Positions 56,017 to 64,000 of a DNA stretch of 64,000 nucleotides are shown here, piece after piece. The DNA comes from an uncultured Mesonia sp. Its GTDB lineage: Bacteria; Bacteroidota; Bacteroidia; Flavobacteriales; Flavobacteriaceae. The stretch is from the NCBI GenBank assembly GCA_947494545.1, contig CANLVH010000004.1, positions 181,281 through 245,280 on the forward strand, read 5' to 3'. The notes beneath the pieces are model-generated. The model saw nothing but the letters and a program-made list of their open reading frames with translations. It did not search any database and was not told the DNA's origin. Within the stretch, counting starts at the first letter, position 1. Each line of letters opens with the position of its first letter. Position numbers and translations under genes: made by a program.

Positions 56017-56103
56017 CCCGTCCCGAGTACCAAAGATCCTCTTAATCTTTTGATTTTGAGGGTTTTTTGTTTTTATGTATTTTGTTTTAATCAATTAGCA
56101 AGT

Positions 56104-56403
56104 ATGGCTGTGGTTTATATTCTTTATTCTGCTTCTATTAACTCCTTTTATGTTGGAAGTTGCGAAGATTTTGATAGTCGTTTATCGCAACATTTAAATG
56201 GTGATTTCAAAAAGGCATTTACTAAAAGAGCGAAAGATTGGCAGAAATTTCTTCTTCTTGAAAATCTAGAATATGCCCAGTCACGACAAATTGAGGCGCA
56301 CATTAAGAAAATGAAATCGACTAAATATATTGCCAATCTCAAAATGTATGAAGAAATGAGACAGAAATTAATAGAGAGATTCAAAACGGGTTCATCCCGA
56401 TAG
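56104..56403 (+). CDS. Small GIY-YIG nuclease, copy 2
   Basis: 99 aa, differs from copy 1 at 3 residues (A3V, D13N, I86R); ATG at 56104. Confidence 0.9.
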   Translation: MAVVYILYSASINSFYVGSCEDFDSRLSQHLNGDFKKAFTKRAKDWQKFLLLENLEYAQSRQIEAHIKKMKSTKYIANLKMYEEMRQKLIERFKTGSSR

Positions 56404-56592
56404 CTATCGGGACCCGTCCCGAGTACCAAAACCCTCTTAATCTTTGATTTTGAGGGTTTTTTGTTTGTAAAATGATTTTGTTTTACTGAAATCATCTAAA
56501 ATTCCTCCCTACTTCCTACAGAAAAAATCAACAACGTCATCTTTTGGCGCTGTCGCTTTTTAGTTTTGTTTTCTAACCAAAAAACTAAAGAG

Positions 56593-57684
56593 ATGAACGA
56601 TACTACATTAGCAAAGCACAGTTTAAAAGATAAATTTACACAACAACTAGACAGCAGTTTATTTGGCTCTTATCCTGTTATGAATTTGTACAGAACCAGA
56701 AGACTTTTTGTGCTTAAATTTAATTATCTCCCTAATCTAATTGTAGAGAATCAAATAAACGCATCTAACTTTTACGCGGCTTTCCGTAAAGAATATAAAA
56801 ACTGTATTTATGAAGATTATTATGGAAAAAGAGGTTCTAAAAATCATTCCATAAAAATGGTAGATTATTATTGCTTTTTGAAAGAAGATATATTGGTTCA
56901 TATAGATTTTAACGAAGATGAGATAAGCTTACTTTTTAATAAAACAAATGAAGAAGCGGTAAATGAGATTCAGCAGCTAGTAGTAAAACACCGGCAGAAA
57001 ATAAAAAAAGAACCTAAAATAAATGTAGTGGTTTCTTCGCAGCACGGTCTTTCGCTGCATTTAATGGATTTGAATACTACAGAACTTGATATAGAAGCAA
57101 ATTATAACGATGATTTTCTAGCTGTGCACCAAACTATTTTGGCGCGTATTAAAAAGAAAAAGGACAAAGGTTTAGTATTACTTCACGGCAAACCCGGCAC
57201 CGGTAAAACTACTTATATAAAACACCTTATTTCTCAAGTAGAAAAAGAAGTTGTTTTTATGCCACCCAATTTGGCCAATCAAATTACCAATCCGGGACTT
57301 TTAGAGTTACTAATAGAAAATCCCAATTCTATTTTGGTAATAGAAGATGCAGAAGACATAATTCTTGAGCGAAATCAAAAAAGCAACTCGGCTGTTTCTG
57401 CTTTACTGAATTTATCTGACGGGATTTTAGCAGAGTGTTTAAACATTCAAATTATTTGTTCTTTTAATACCCAACTTTCTAAAATAGATTCTGCTTTATT
57501 GCGAAAAGGAAGACTAATTGCCAGGTATGAATTTGAAGAATTAGCACTTGATAAGGTAAATAACTTGTGCCGAAATTTAGGATTAACACAAGAGTATTTT
57601 GAGCCACAAGTCTTAGCGGAAATCTTTAATCAACACGAAAAAGCCAGTCAGCAGAAGCAAAAAAAGATTGGTTTTTTTGCTTAG
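56593..57684 (+). CDS. AAA+ ATPase with uncharacterised N-terminal domain
   Basis: LLHGKPGTGKT Walker A, ILVIEDAE Walker B, LLNLSDG, DSALLRKGRL Arg finger. Confidence 0.88.
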   Translation: MNDTTLAKHSLKDKFTQQLDSSLFGSYPVMNLYRTRRLFVLKFNYLPNLIVENQINASNFYAAFRKEYKNCIYEDYYGKRGSKNHSIKMVDYYCFLKEDILVHIDFNEDEISLLFNKTNEEAVNEIQQLVVKHRQKIKKEPKINVVVSSQHGLSLHLMDLNTTELDIEANYNDDFLAVHQTILARIKKKKDKGLVLLHGKPGTGKTTYIKHLISQVEKEVVFMPPNLANQITNPGLLELLIENPNSILVIEDAEDIILERNQKSNSAVSALLNLSDGILAECLNIQIICSFNTQLSKIDSALLRKGRLIARYEFEELALDKVNNLCRNLGLTQEYFEPQVLAEIFNQHEKASQQKQKKIGFFA

Positions 57685-57762
57685 TAATAAGGAAATCAAT
57701 TTCCAAAAAAAGCTTCGAAACAGAGAAACTAAAGATTTTTTATAAACTAAACTATATATCAA

Positions 57763-58008
57763 ATGACTAAGAAAAAATTCCAAACTCATTTTCCAAAAAG
57801 AGATCGCTTTTTAGAGAAATCCACCAAAGCGCTAGAAACATTTGAAAAATTAGAAATGCAGGTGGAGGAAATCAAAACAGAATTATTAGATTTTTTATTG
57901 TATAGTCAGGCCATAAAATTAAAAGCGATGCAAAGTGAATTAAAAACTCTAAAAACAAAATATAAAGAGATAGACGAAAACTTCTTTAAACCGCCTAACC
58001 ACAAATAA
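57763..58008 (+). CDS. Small hypothetical coiled-coil protein
   Basis: 81-aa ORF with ATG start in an otherwise empty spacer; no recognised motif. Confidence 0.45.
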   Translation: MTKKKFQTHFPKRDRFLEKSTKALETFEKLEMQVEEIKTELLDFLLYSQAIKLKAMQSELKTLKTKYKEIDENFFKPPNHK

Positions 58009-58205
58009 ATGTTTTAAAACATTATTTAACCGAGATAGTATGTAATGAACAGTTTTAAATAAAATCTATGTTTTTTTAAGAAATGCACAGGATTTTGATC
58101 CGAAAAACCTGGTTTTTGGCTAAAAAGCGGAAAAAAGAAGTCTTTTTATAGTTTTGTTAAAATTCTATTTTTGATTTTTTCTCTATATTCCCAAAAAATC
58201 AATTT

Positions 58206-59267
58206 ATGCGAAATTATTTACTCGGAATTTTCTGTTTGTTTTATTTTTTAAGCTTTGGTCAAGATACTACTGCAAACAAAGATTTTTCATCTAAAGAGTT
58301 TACCATCGGTGTTTTTGAAACGCCTCCGTTTGTCACTAAAACACCAAATGATTATGGCGGGATGAGCGTTAAATCTTGGAAAATGGTAAACGAAAAATTG
58401 CAATGGGATTATAATTTTAAAGAATACGAATCGCTTGGAGCCTTAATAAAAGGAGTAGAAGCGGGAGAAGTAGATTTTAGTATAAACCCAATTACCGTTA
58501 CCGATAAACGGATGGAGCGTCTAGATTTTTCGCAACCTTATTTTATATCTAATACCGGCATTGCAAAGAAAAGTGAATCTGCCGTATGGAAAATAATCAC
58601 TAATTTATGGAGCTGGAAATTCTTATCGGCTATCTTAATTTTGCTTTTAATCTTGCTTATTTTCGGTACTTTAGTGTGGTTTTTTGAACGGAAGAAAAAC
58701 GAAGAATTTGGCGGAAAAGGTGCCAAAGGAATTTACGAAGGTTTATGGTGGAGCGCCGTAACTATGACAACTGTAGGTTACGGAGACAAATCTCCCAGAA
58801 CTACCGGAGGCCGCGTTGTTGGACTTATCTGGATGTTTATGGCCGTGATTATTCTCTCTAGTTTAACAGCAGGAATTGCTTCGGCTTTGACCGTGCAATC
58901 TATTAGCGATGAGATAGCTTCTATAGACGATTTAGGCCGATTTAAAGTTGCAACGGTAGAAAACTCTAGCTCACAAGAACTTTTAGATTTGTACCAAATA
59001 GATTATATAACAGTAGCCAATGGCGAAGAAGGTATAGAGAAACTGTTAGACCAAGAATACCTTTTTGTATATGATTTGCCCATTTTGCAATACGAAGTTA
59101 AAGAGCAAGATTTAGAAAAAGATATCGAGATATTGGAGCGTTCTTTAAAACGAGATTATTTTAGTTACAGCTTTCCTAAAAATACTACGTTGGTAGAACC
59201 CATTAACCCCGAAATTATTGCGGTATTAAAAACAATGGAATGGAGTAAAATTACAGAAAATTATTAA
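58206..59267 (+). CDS. Ligand-gated K+ channel with split periplasmic-binding domain (GluR0-like)
   Basis: PBP S1 half (TPPF, ITVT.KR...DFSQPYF), TM1, pore WWSAVTMTTVGYGD, TM2, PBP S2 half. Confidence 0.88.
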   Translation: MRNYLLGIFCLFYFLSFGQDTTANKDFSSKEFTIGVFETPPFVTKTPNDYGGMSVKSWKMVNEKLQWDYNFKEYESLGALIKGVEAGEVDFSINPITVTDKRMERLDFSQPYFISNTGIAKKSESAVWKIITNLWSWKFLSAILILLLILLIFGTLVWFFERKKNEEFGGKGAKGIYEGLWWSAVTMTTVGYGDKSPRTTGGRVVGLIWMFMAVIILSSLTAGIASALTVQSISDEIASIDDLGRFKVATVENSSSQELLDLYQIDYITVANGEEGIEKLLDQEYLFVYDLPILQYEVKEQDLEKDIEILERSLKRDYFSYSFPKNTTLVEPINPEIIAVLKTMEWSKITENY

Positions 59268-59362
59268 GTTCTATTTGGTAGTAATTCTACGGTAAGAAAA
59301 ACGTTTAAGATTCTTGTAAGAAACTTATAATTGCTTAAAGCGGAAGAAATTATTGCTTAAAA

Positions 59363-59396
59363 TACAGGGTGGTTTTTTATAAAAAACCACCCTGTA
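59363..59396. repeat. Perfect 34-bp palindrome with no spacer
   Basis: TACAGGGTGGTTTTTTATAAAAAACCACCCTGTA equals its own reverse complement. Confidence 0.95.
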
Positions 59397-59428
59397 AAAG
59401 TTGCGATAACCTAAAATTAGAGGCGGGA

Positions 59429-59704
59429 TTAATCTATTTCTCTATCTATTTCTTCGGCCTCTTGATTTATTTCTCGGCGTGTACGCTCTGTTGCTTCTTC
59501 TACTTCTCTAGCTCCTTCTTTAACAGCTCTTTCGGTTTTTTCTGCGGCGTTTTCTATCGCTTCATCGGTTTGCTCTGCAGCATTTTCTATGTCTTCACCA
59601 ATGGCTTCTGCGGCTTCTTCGGTTTTATCTCTGGTTGTTTCTCTACACGCGCTAAATGCTAAAAGCACAAAAAGTGCAAACGTGCTTACAAATAGTTTTT
59701 TCAT
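59429..59704 (-). CDS. Small acidic lipoprotein with 11-aa repeats
   Basis: LAFSAC lipobox; IENAAEQTDEA/IENAAEKTERA repeats. Confidence 0.8.
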   Translation of the reverse strand: MKKLFVSTFALFVLLAFSACRETTRDKTEEAAEAIGEDIENAAEQTDEAIENAAEKTERAVKEGAREVEEATERTRREINQEAEEIDREID

Positions 59705-59779
59705 GGTTGTGGTTTTTAATTGTATTAAAAGTAAAATTATAAAAAAATAAATCTTAATAACAAATGTAAATTATAAAGA

Positions 59780-59819
59780 AAAAAGCTGTTTCGGGATTTT
59801 ATTCCTGAAACAGCTTTTT
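59780..59819. terminator. Intrinsic terminator
   Basis: AAAAAGCTGTTTCGGGA...TCCTGAAACAGCTTTTT. Confidence 0.85.
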
Positions 59820-59848
59820 AGTAAATTTCACCTAAAAGTAAAAAGTTC

Positions 59849-60190
59849 TTACAAGTCGTCGTTGCCGCCCATTCCTGTGTTTTCCTCTACTTCGTTGGCG
59901 CCTTCTTCTATAGCGTCACCGGTTTCGTTTGCAGCTTCTTCTACTGCATCACCGGTTTCTTCTGCTGCATTTTCAATAGCATCGCCGGTATCTTCAGCAG
60001 CTTCTTCCAAGTCGTTTTGCGCGTCTTGGGTTGCGTCATCCATATCGTCTGCAGCATCTTCCATGCTGTTTTCAATATTGTCTCCGGTTTCTTCCATTTG
60101 GTCTTCGGCAGACTGGTTTTGGTCTCTACAAGCAGTAAAAGCCGTACTTGCTGCTACTGCAATTGCTAACATTACAATTGATTTTTTCAT
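59849..60190 (-). CDS. Small very acidic lipoprotein with 11-aa repeats
   Basis: AFTAC lipobox; AEDTGDAIENA AEETGDAVEEA ANETGDAIEEG. Confidence 0.85.
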   Translation of the reverse strand: MKKSIVMLAIAVAASTAFTACRDQNQSAEDQMEETGDNIENSMEDAADDMDDATQDAQNDLEEAAEDTGDAIENAAEETGDAVEEAANETGDAIEEGANEVEENTGMGGNDDL

Positions 60191-60227
60191 GAGTTTTGGT
60201 TTTTATTTAGTATTTAATTTTTGGTCT

Positions 60228-60449
60228 TTAGTCTCCTATTTCGTCTATTTTCTTGTCTACTTCTTCGTTAACTTCTTTGTCTATTTTTTCGCCGGTTCTC
60301 TCTAAGATACCTTTGTTTTCTTCGGTTTCAACTTCTTTTTCTACCTCTACTTCTTTTACAACGGTTTCTTTTTCGGTTTTTTGATCCCTACACGAAGTAA
60401 AAGCAAGCGTAAAGCTTACTAATGCTAGCGTTAAAATTGATTTCTTCAT
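60228..60449 (-). CDS. Small lipoprotein
   Basis: LAFTSC lipobox followed by RDQKTEKE. Confidence 0.8.
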   Translation of the reverse strand: MKKSILTLALVSFTLAFTSCRDQKTEKETVVKEVEVEKEVETEENKGILERTGEKIDKEVNEEVDKKIDEIGD

Positions 60450-60548
60450 GAGTTTTTAATTAGTATTAGTGGGCTAAGTTATAAAAAACTGGAAAATTGC
60501 AACCAACACATTTATAAAATTTTAATAAATTTTTTACTTAATTGACTT

Positions 60549-61790
60549 TTACAGCAATGCTTGCTCGCTTATATATTGCATAATTTTTGTAGTGGCGCCG
60601 GTTCTTTTTATAACAAAATCTTTAGCATTTTCACCTGCTTTTTGCCGTTCTTCTTTACGGAAAAGCAAGCGCTGTAAAACACTGTTCATTTCTGTTTGAT
60701 TCTTTACGGAAAAAAGTCCGCCGTTGTTTTGTAATGCTTTAGCTTCCGGAAATTTCTGAAAATTTTCTCCTATAACAATTGGCACGCCAAAGGTTGCCGG
60801 CTCTAAAACATTATGCAAACCTGTGTTGCCCATAGCGCCGCCAACGTATGCCACGTCTGCATAATGGTATAATTTAGTAAGTAAGCCAATGGTATTAACA
60901 ATCAACACCGAAAAACCTGCTAAATCTTGTCCGTCTATTTCTGTGTATAAAATGCTGGGTTTATTTAAGGATTTTTGAAAAGCCTTTATTTTTGAAACTT
61001 CTATCTGATGCGGAGCAATAATGTACTTCGTTTCTTCTTGCGTGTTGTTAATAAAATCTGCCAAATAAGTCTCGTCTTCCGGCCAAGTGCTACCGGCTAC
61101 CAAGCAAGGTTTTTCGGCAACAAATTCTTCGGCGAAAGCCAACTTATTATCCATTTTTAACTGTGCGCTAACCCTATCAAATCTCGTGTCGCCACTTATG
61201 GCAACTTTACGGAAATCATATTTTTTTAATAGATTTAATGAATTTTTATCTTGCACGAAAATATAAGTGAAACGGTGTAAAACCTTTCGCATAAATTTGC
61301 CGTAGCTTTTAAAAAAATGTTGGTTTTTTCTAAACAAGCCCGATACTAACAAAGTGGGAATTTCTTGCTTCTGTAATTGCGCTAAATAATTGGGCCAAAC
61401 TTCGTATTTAATAAAAATGGCAAGCTTTGGCTGTACAATTTTTATAAACTGTTTAGCGTTTTTTTTGGTGTCTAGAGGTAAGTAGCAAACCACGTCTGCA
61501 ATGGCTGAGTTTTTCTTTATTTCGTAACCGGAAGGAGAGAAGAAACTAACTAAAATTTGGTATTGCGCATAGTCTTCCCGAAAGCGTTTAAGAATTGGTA
61601 CGGCTTGTTCATATTCGCCCAAAGAGGCAGCGTGGACCCAGATTACAGGTTTGTCGTTCAGTTTTTTCCGTAAAGTTTTAAAAATATTTTTTCTGCCCGA
61701 GACAAATAGTCGCATTTTGCGGCTAAAGAGCGCTATTACCGGCAAGAGCTTTTCTGCTAAGGTTATAAAAAAGTTGTAGAGAAACTTCAA
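60549..61790 (-). CDS. waaA: 3-deoxy-D-manno-octulosonic acid (Kdo) transferase
   Basis: IWVHAASLGEYEQ, FFSPSG, YLPLD, KYEVWPNY, GDTRFDRV, HNVLEPA. Confidence 0.93.
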   Translation of the reverse strand: MKFLYNFFITLAEKLLPVIALFSRKMRLFVSGRKNIFKTLRKKLNDKPVIWVHAASLGEYEQAVPILKRFREDYAQYQILVSFFSPSGYEIKKNSAIADVVCYLPLDTKKNAKQFIKIVQPKLAIFIKYEVWPNYLAQLQKQEIPTLLVSGLFRKNQHFFKSYGKFMRKVLHRFTYIFVQDKNSLNLLKKYDFRKVAISGDTRFDRVSAQLKMDNKLAFAEEFVAEKPCLVAGSTWPEDETYLADFINNTQEETKYIIAPHQIEVSKIKAFQKSLNKPSILYTEIDGQDLAGFSVLIVNTIGLLTKLYHYADVAYVGGAMGNTGLHNVLEPATFGVPIVIGENFQKFPEAKALQNNGGLFSVKNQTEMNSVLQRLLFRKEERQKAGENAKDFVIKRTGATTKIMQYISEQALL

Positions 61791-61859
61791 AAGTTATAAA
61801 ATTGTTTGGGCAAAAATAAGTCTTTCTGTTAAAAAGAAGGCTACAAAAGCGATTATTCG

Positions 61860-61867
61860 TAAATTTG
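61860..61867 (+). promoter_or_regulatory. -7 promoter box (TAAATTTG)
   Basis: Exact TAnnTTTG match 20 nt upstream of the aminotransferase ATG. Confidence 0.65.
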
Positions 61868-61886
61868 CCGCCTAGAAAGTAAGCAG

Positions 61887-63014
61887 ATGAAAAAAATACA
61901 AATGGTAGACCTTAAAGGTCAGTTTCAACCAATAAAAGAACAAATTAAAGCTTCTTGGGAAGAAGTTTTAGAAAATACAAGTTTTATAAATGGGCCGCAT
62001 GTGCATAGTTTCCAAAAAGAATTGGAAGAGTACTTAGAGGTTAAGCACGTAATACCCTGTGCTAATGGTACAGATGCTTTGCAAATTGCTATGATGGGCT
62101 TGGGCTTAAAACCCGGCGATGAGGTTATTACCGCAGATTTTACCTTTGCCGCAACGGTAGAGGTTATTGCTTTGCTCAATTTAACGCCCGTTTTGGTAGA
62201 TGTAGAAAAAGATTCTTTCAATATTTCTGTAGAGGCTATAGAGCGCGCTATTACGCCAAAAACCAAAGCAATTGTGCCGGTGCATTTGTTTGGGCAACCC
62301 GCCAATATGGCTGCAATTAACAAACTTGCCAAAAAACACAATCTGTTTGTAATAGAAGATAATGCGCAAGCAATAGGAGCCAATTATTATGATGACAGAG
62401 GAAATAGTCAAAAAACCGGAACTATTGGTGATGTTGGTACAACTTCTTTTTTTCCTTCTAAAAATCTTGGTGCTTACGGCGATGGTGGCGCAATTTTTAC
62501 AAATGATGATGCTTTGGCACATACCATAAGAGGCATTGTAAACCACGGAATGTATGAGCGTTACCACCACGATGTTGTGGGTGTAAATTCTCGTTTAGAT
62601 AGTTTGCAAGCTGCTGTTTTGCAAGCAAAGTTACCGCATTTAGATGCGTATAATAAAGCCAGACGAACGGCCGCAAATATGTATAATGAAGCTTTACGGA
62701 AAAATGAAAATGTTGTGGTACCGGAAATTTTAGGAAAAGAAGATTCGCACGTGTTCCATCAGTATTGTTTGCGAATATTAAATGGTAAACGCGATGCGCT
62801 TTTAAAACATTTGCAAGAAAATGACGTGCCTTGCGGAATTTATTACCCAATTCCGTTGCACGCTCAAAAAGCTTATGCAGACCAGCGCTATAATGAAGAT
62901 GATTTTCCGGTTACCAATCAGTTGGTAAAAGAGGTAATTGCTTTGCCAATGCATACAGAATTAGAAGAAGAGCAAATTGCGTTTATTACTAAATTGATAA
63001 ACGATTTTGTGTAG
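61887..63014 (+). CDS. DegT/DnrJ/EryC1/StrS sugar aminotransferase
   Basis: ANGTDALQIA, IEDNAQAIGA, SFFPSKNLGAYGDGGA, NSRLDSLQAA. Confidence 0.93.
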   Translation: MKKIQMVDLKGQFQPIKEQIKASWEEVLENTSFINGPHVHSFQKELEEYLEVKHVIPCANGTDALQIAMMGLGLKPGDEVITADFTFAATVEVIALLNLTPVLVDVEKDSFNISVEAIERAITPKTKAIVPVHLFGQPANMAAINKLAKKHNLFVIEDNAQAIGANYYDDRGNSQKTGTIGDVGTTSFFPSKNLGAYGDGGAIFTNDDALAHTIRGIVNHGMYERYHHDVVGVNSRLDSLQAAVLQAKLPHLDAYNKARRTAANMYNEALRKNENVVVPEILGKEDSHVFHQYCLRILNGKRDALLKHLQENDVPCGIYYPIPLHAQKAYADQRYNEDDFPVTNQLVKEVIALPMHTELEEEQIAFITKLINDFV

Positions 63015-63036
63015 CGATTAGAAATATATTATTCCT

Positions 63037-63078
63037 AAAAAACGCTTCTTGTCTGTTTAAAGATAAGAAGCGTTTTTT
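63037..63078. terminator. Bidirectional intrinsic terminator
   Basis: AAAAAACGCTTCTTGTCT...AGATAAGAAGCGTTTTTT. Confidence 0.88.
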
Positions 63079-63080
63079 AT

Positions 63081-63677
63081 TTATACTGACCAATCTAAAG
63101 CGTGTAAGTTGCTTTCTAATCCGTAAAATATGTGCACTTCTCCGTTTGGTTTTATGCATAGATGATTCATTTTAAATTCAGAATCTTTAAAGAATAAATT
63201 CTGTAATAAATTGTAAGGGTCGTGGTATAAATGTTTTTTAGGATTGGCTTGTATGCCGGAGTTTTTAGTACTAATTAAAAAAGATTGAAATTTTCTCTTG
63301 TTCTTTTTAATATAGCGCCAATACCTTTTGTCTTCTATATCTTTATTTATTTTCTCCGTCTTTTCACTATAGAGATGTAGCATCGTATTTTTTTCTGGGT
63401 CGTAATCTTCTCCAATTATTTTACTTAAAAACATTTTTAATTGCTGGTGCTGCGTACTGTCTAATTGCGCAGTATTTTTACGCGGATAGATTTCTGTTAC
63501 TATGGTAGAATCATTTTCGACGGTTTTGGTGAAAATTTTACGTTGATCTAAGCTTTTGTATACTTTTTCACTTAATACTTGTTGGTCAGGGACCATATAT
63601 CTTATTTTCTTTTTTTCTTGCCCAAAACCAGCGATAAAAAATAATAAACTGAAAATATGGATAAAATATGTTTTCAT
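63081..63677 (-). CDS. Hypothetical secreted protein
   Basis: 198-aa ORF with signal-peptide-like N-terminus. Confidence 0.7.
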   Translation of the reverse strand: MKTYFIHIFSLLFFIAGFGQEKKKIRYMVPDQQVLSEKVYKSLDQRKIFTKTVENDSTIVTEIYPRKNTAQLDSTQHQQLKMFLSKIIGEDYDPEKNTMLHLYSEKTEKINKDIEDKRYWRYIKKNKRKFQSFLISTKNSGIQANPKKHLYHDPYNLLQNLFFKDSEFKMNHLCIKPNGEVHIFYGLESNLHALDWSV

Positions 63678-63689
63678 AAAGATTATTTT

Positions 63690-63998
63690 TTAATTAGAAA
63701 CCGTAATTTTCTCTGAAATAAAGTAACCATTTTGGGAAAAACCTTCAATATAAAGATTTATGTCAGAAACATTTCTATTAGGAATTTTAAATTCTAATTC
63801 TCCGTTTTTGTTTAATTCTAGCATAGATTTCCAGTCTATTACACCAAATTTCTGAAATTCCGGTTCATAATATTTGTATTTAGGCGAATAATATTCGTCC
63901 GGTTCCGTAAAGCCTGAATTTGCGAGAAAACCTTGAATAGTCGGCTTCTTCATGCTAAATCCAGAATCTATTCTAGTTTTAATTCTGATAACACCTCC
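63690..63998 (-). CDS. C-terminal part of a larger exported protein running off the window end
   Basis: Frame stays open to the window edge (GGVIRIKTRIDSGFSMKKP...), so the track's Met at 63953 is probably internal; GGVI.I.T resembles the end of a TonB-plug-like domain. Confidence 0.7.
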   Translation of the reverse strand, partial: GGVIRIKTRIDSGFSMKKPTIQGFLANSGFTEPDEYYSPKYKYYEPEFQKFGVIDWKSMLELNKNGELEFKIPNRNVSDINLYIEGFSQNGYFISEKITVSN

Positions 63999-64000
63999 TG

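Larger units (their letters stand above)
55620..56466 (+). mobile_element. tRNA-Leu-anchored tandem array of GIY-YIG cassettes (units 55620-56016 and 56017-56412, partial third copy 56413-56466)
   Basis: CCCGTCCCGAGTACCA recurs at 55620, 56017, 56413; units differ by about 7 substitutions and 1 indel (by eye); mobility is inferred. Confidence 0.75.

Noticed and set aside
55990-56032. Additional tRNA genes at 56017 and 56413
   Set aside because: Only the T-arm and 3' acceptor strand are present; D and anticodon arms are absent.
55620-56466. Prophage or genomic island attL/attR at tRNA-Leu
   Set aside because: The repeats enclose only ~400 nt each with one small nuclease; no integrase or phage genes. 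Reported instead as a mini-cassette array.
55752-56495. Antisense ORFs 55752-56033 and 56148-56495
   Set aside because: Shadow frames of the GIY-YIG genes, duplicated only because the cassette is duplicated; no recognisable motif.
63690-63953. Independent 87-aa gene
   Set aside because: The reading frame is open to the window edge, so it is most likely the tail of a longer gene.

Overview
AT-rich chromosomal window from a Flavobacteriaceae (Bacteroidota) genome; the taxon is inferred from protein families and TAnnTTTG promoters. Gene content, left to right: (1) a phenylacetate catabolism region (paaH, paaI, paaJ, paaZ, enoyl-CoA hydratase, paaY, paaK, TetR) interleaved with two S46 dipeptidyl peptidases, a MazEF-like toxin-antitoxin pair and four-helix-bundle genes; (2) branched-chain 2-oxoacid dehydrogenase E2/E1; (3) a ric/Rrf2 pair divergent from a clade II nitrous-oxide reductase cluster (cyt c-nosZ-nosB-nosL-nosD-nosF-nosY); (4) housekeeping genes (hutU, hemL, folK-dNK, mutS, waaA and others) and a sigma70-rpsU-GNAT-symporter-racemase run; (5) tRNA-Gly, tRNA-Leu, a GluR0-like channel and three small repeat lipoproteins. 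The most unusual content is a layer of small elements with no transposase or integrase in the window. First, a tandem array of ~397-bp GIY-YIG nuclease cassettes sits at the tRNA-Leu 3' end; each cassette rebuilds the tRNA T-arm/acceptor end with an 18-bp palindrome replacing three bases in and next to the T-loop. Second, four-helix-bundle (IVS-like) genes sit in operon junctions between periodic 7- or 15-nt repeats that form inverted repeats around the ORF, and orphan tracts of similar repeats occur elsewhere. Third, there are CGTC-type REP-like palindromes (one translated in frame inside paaH) and three Flavo-1-like structured repeats. All calls were made by eye; no database searches were run.
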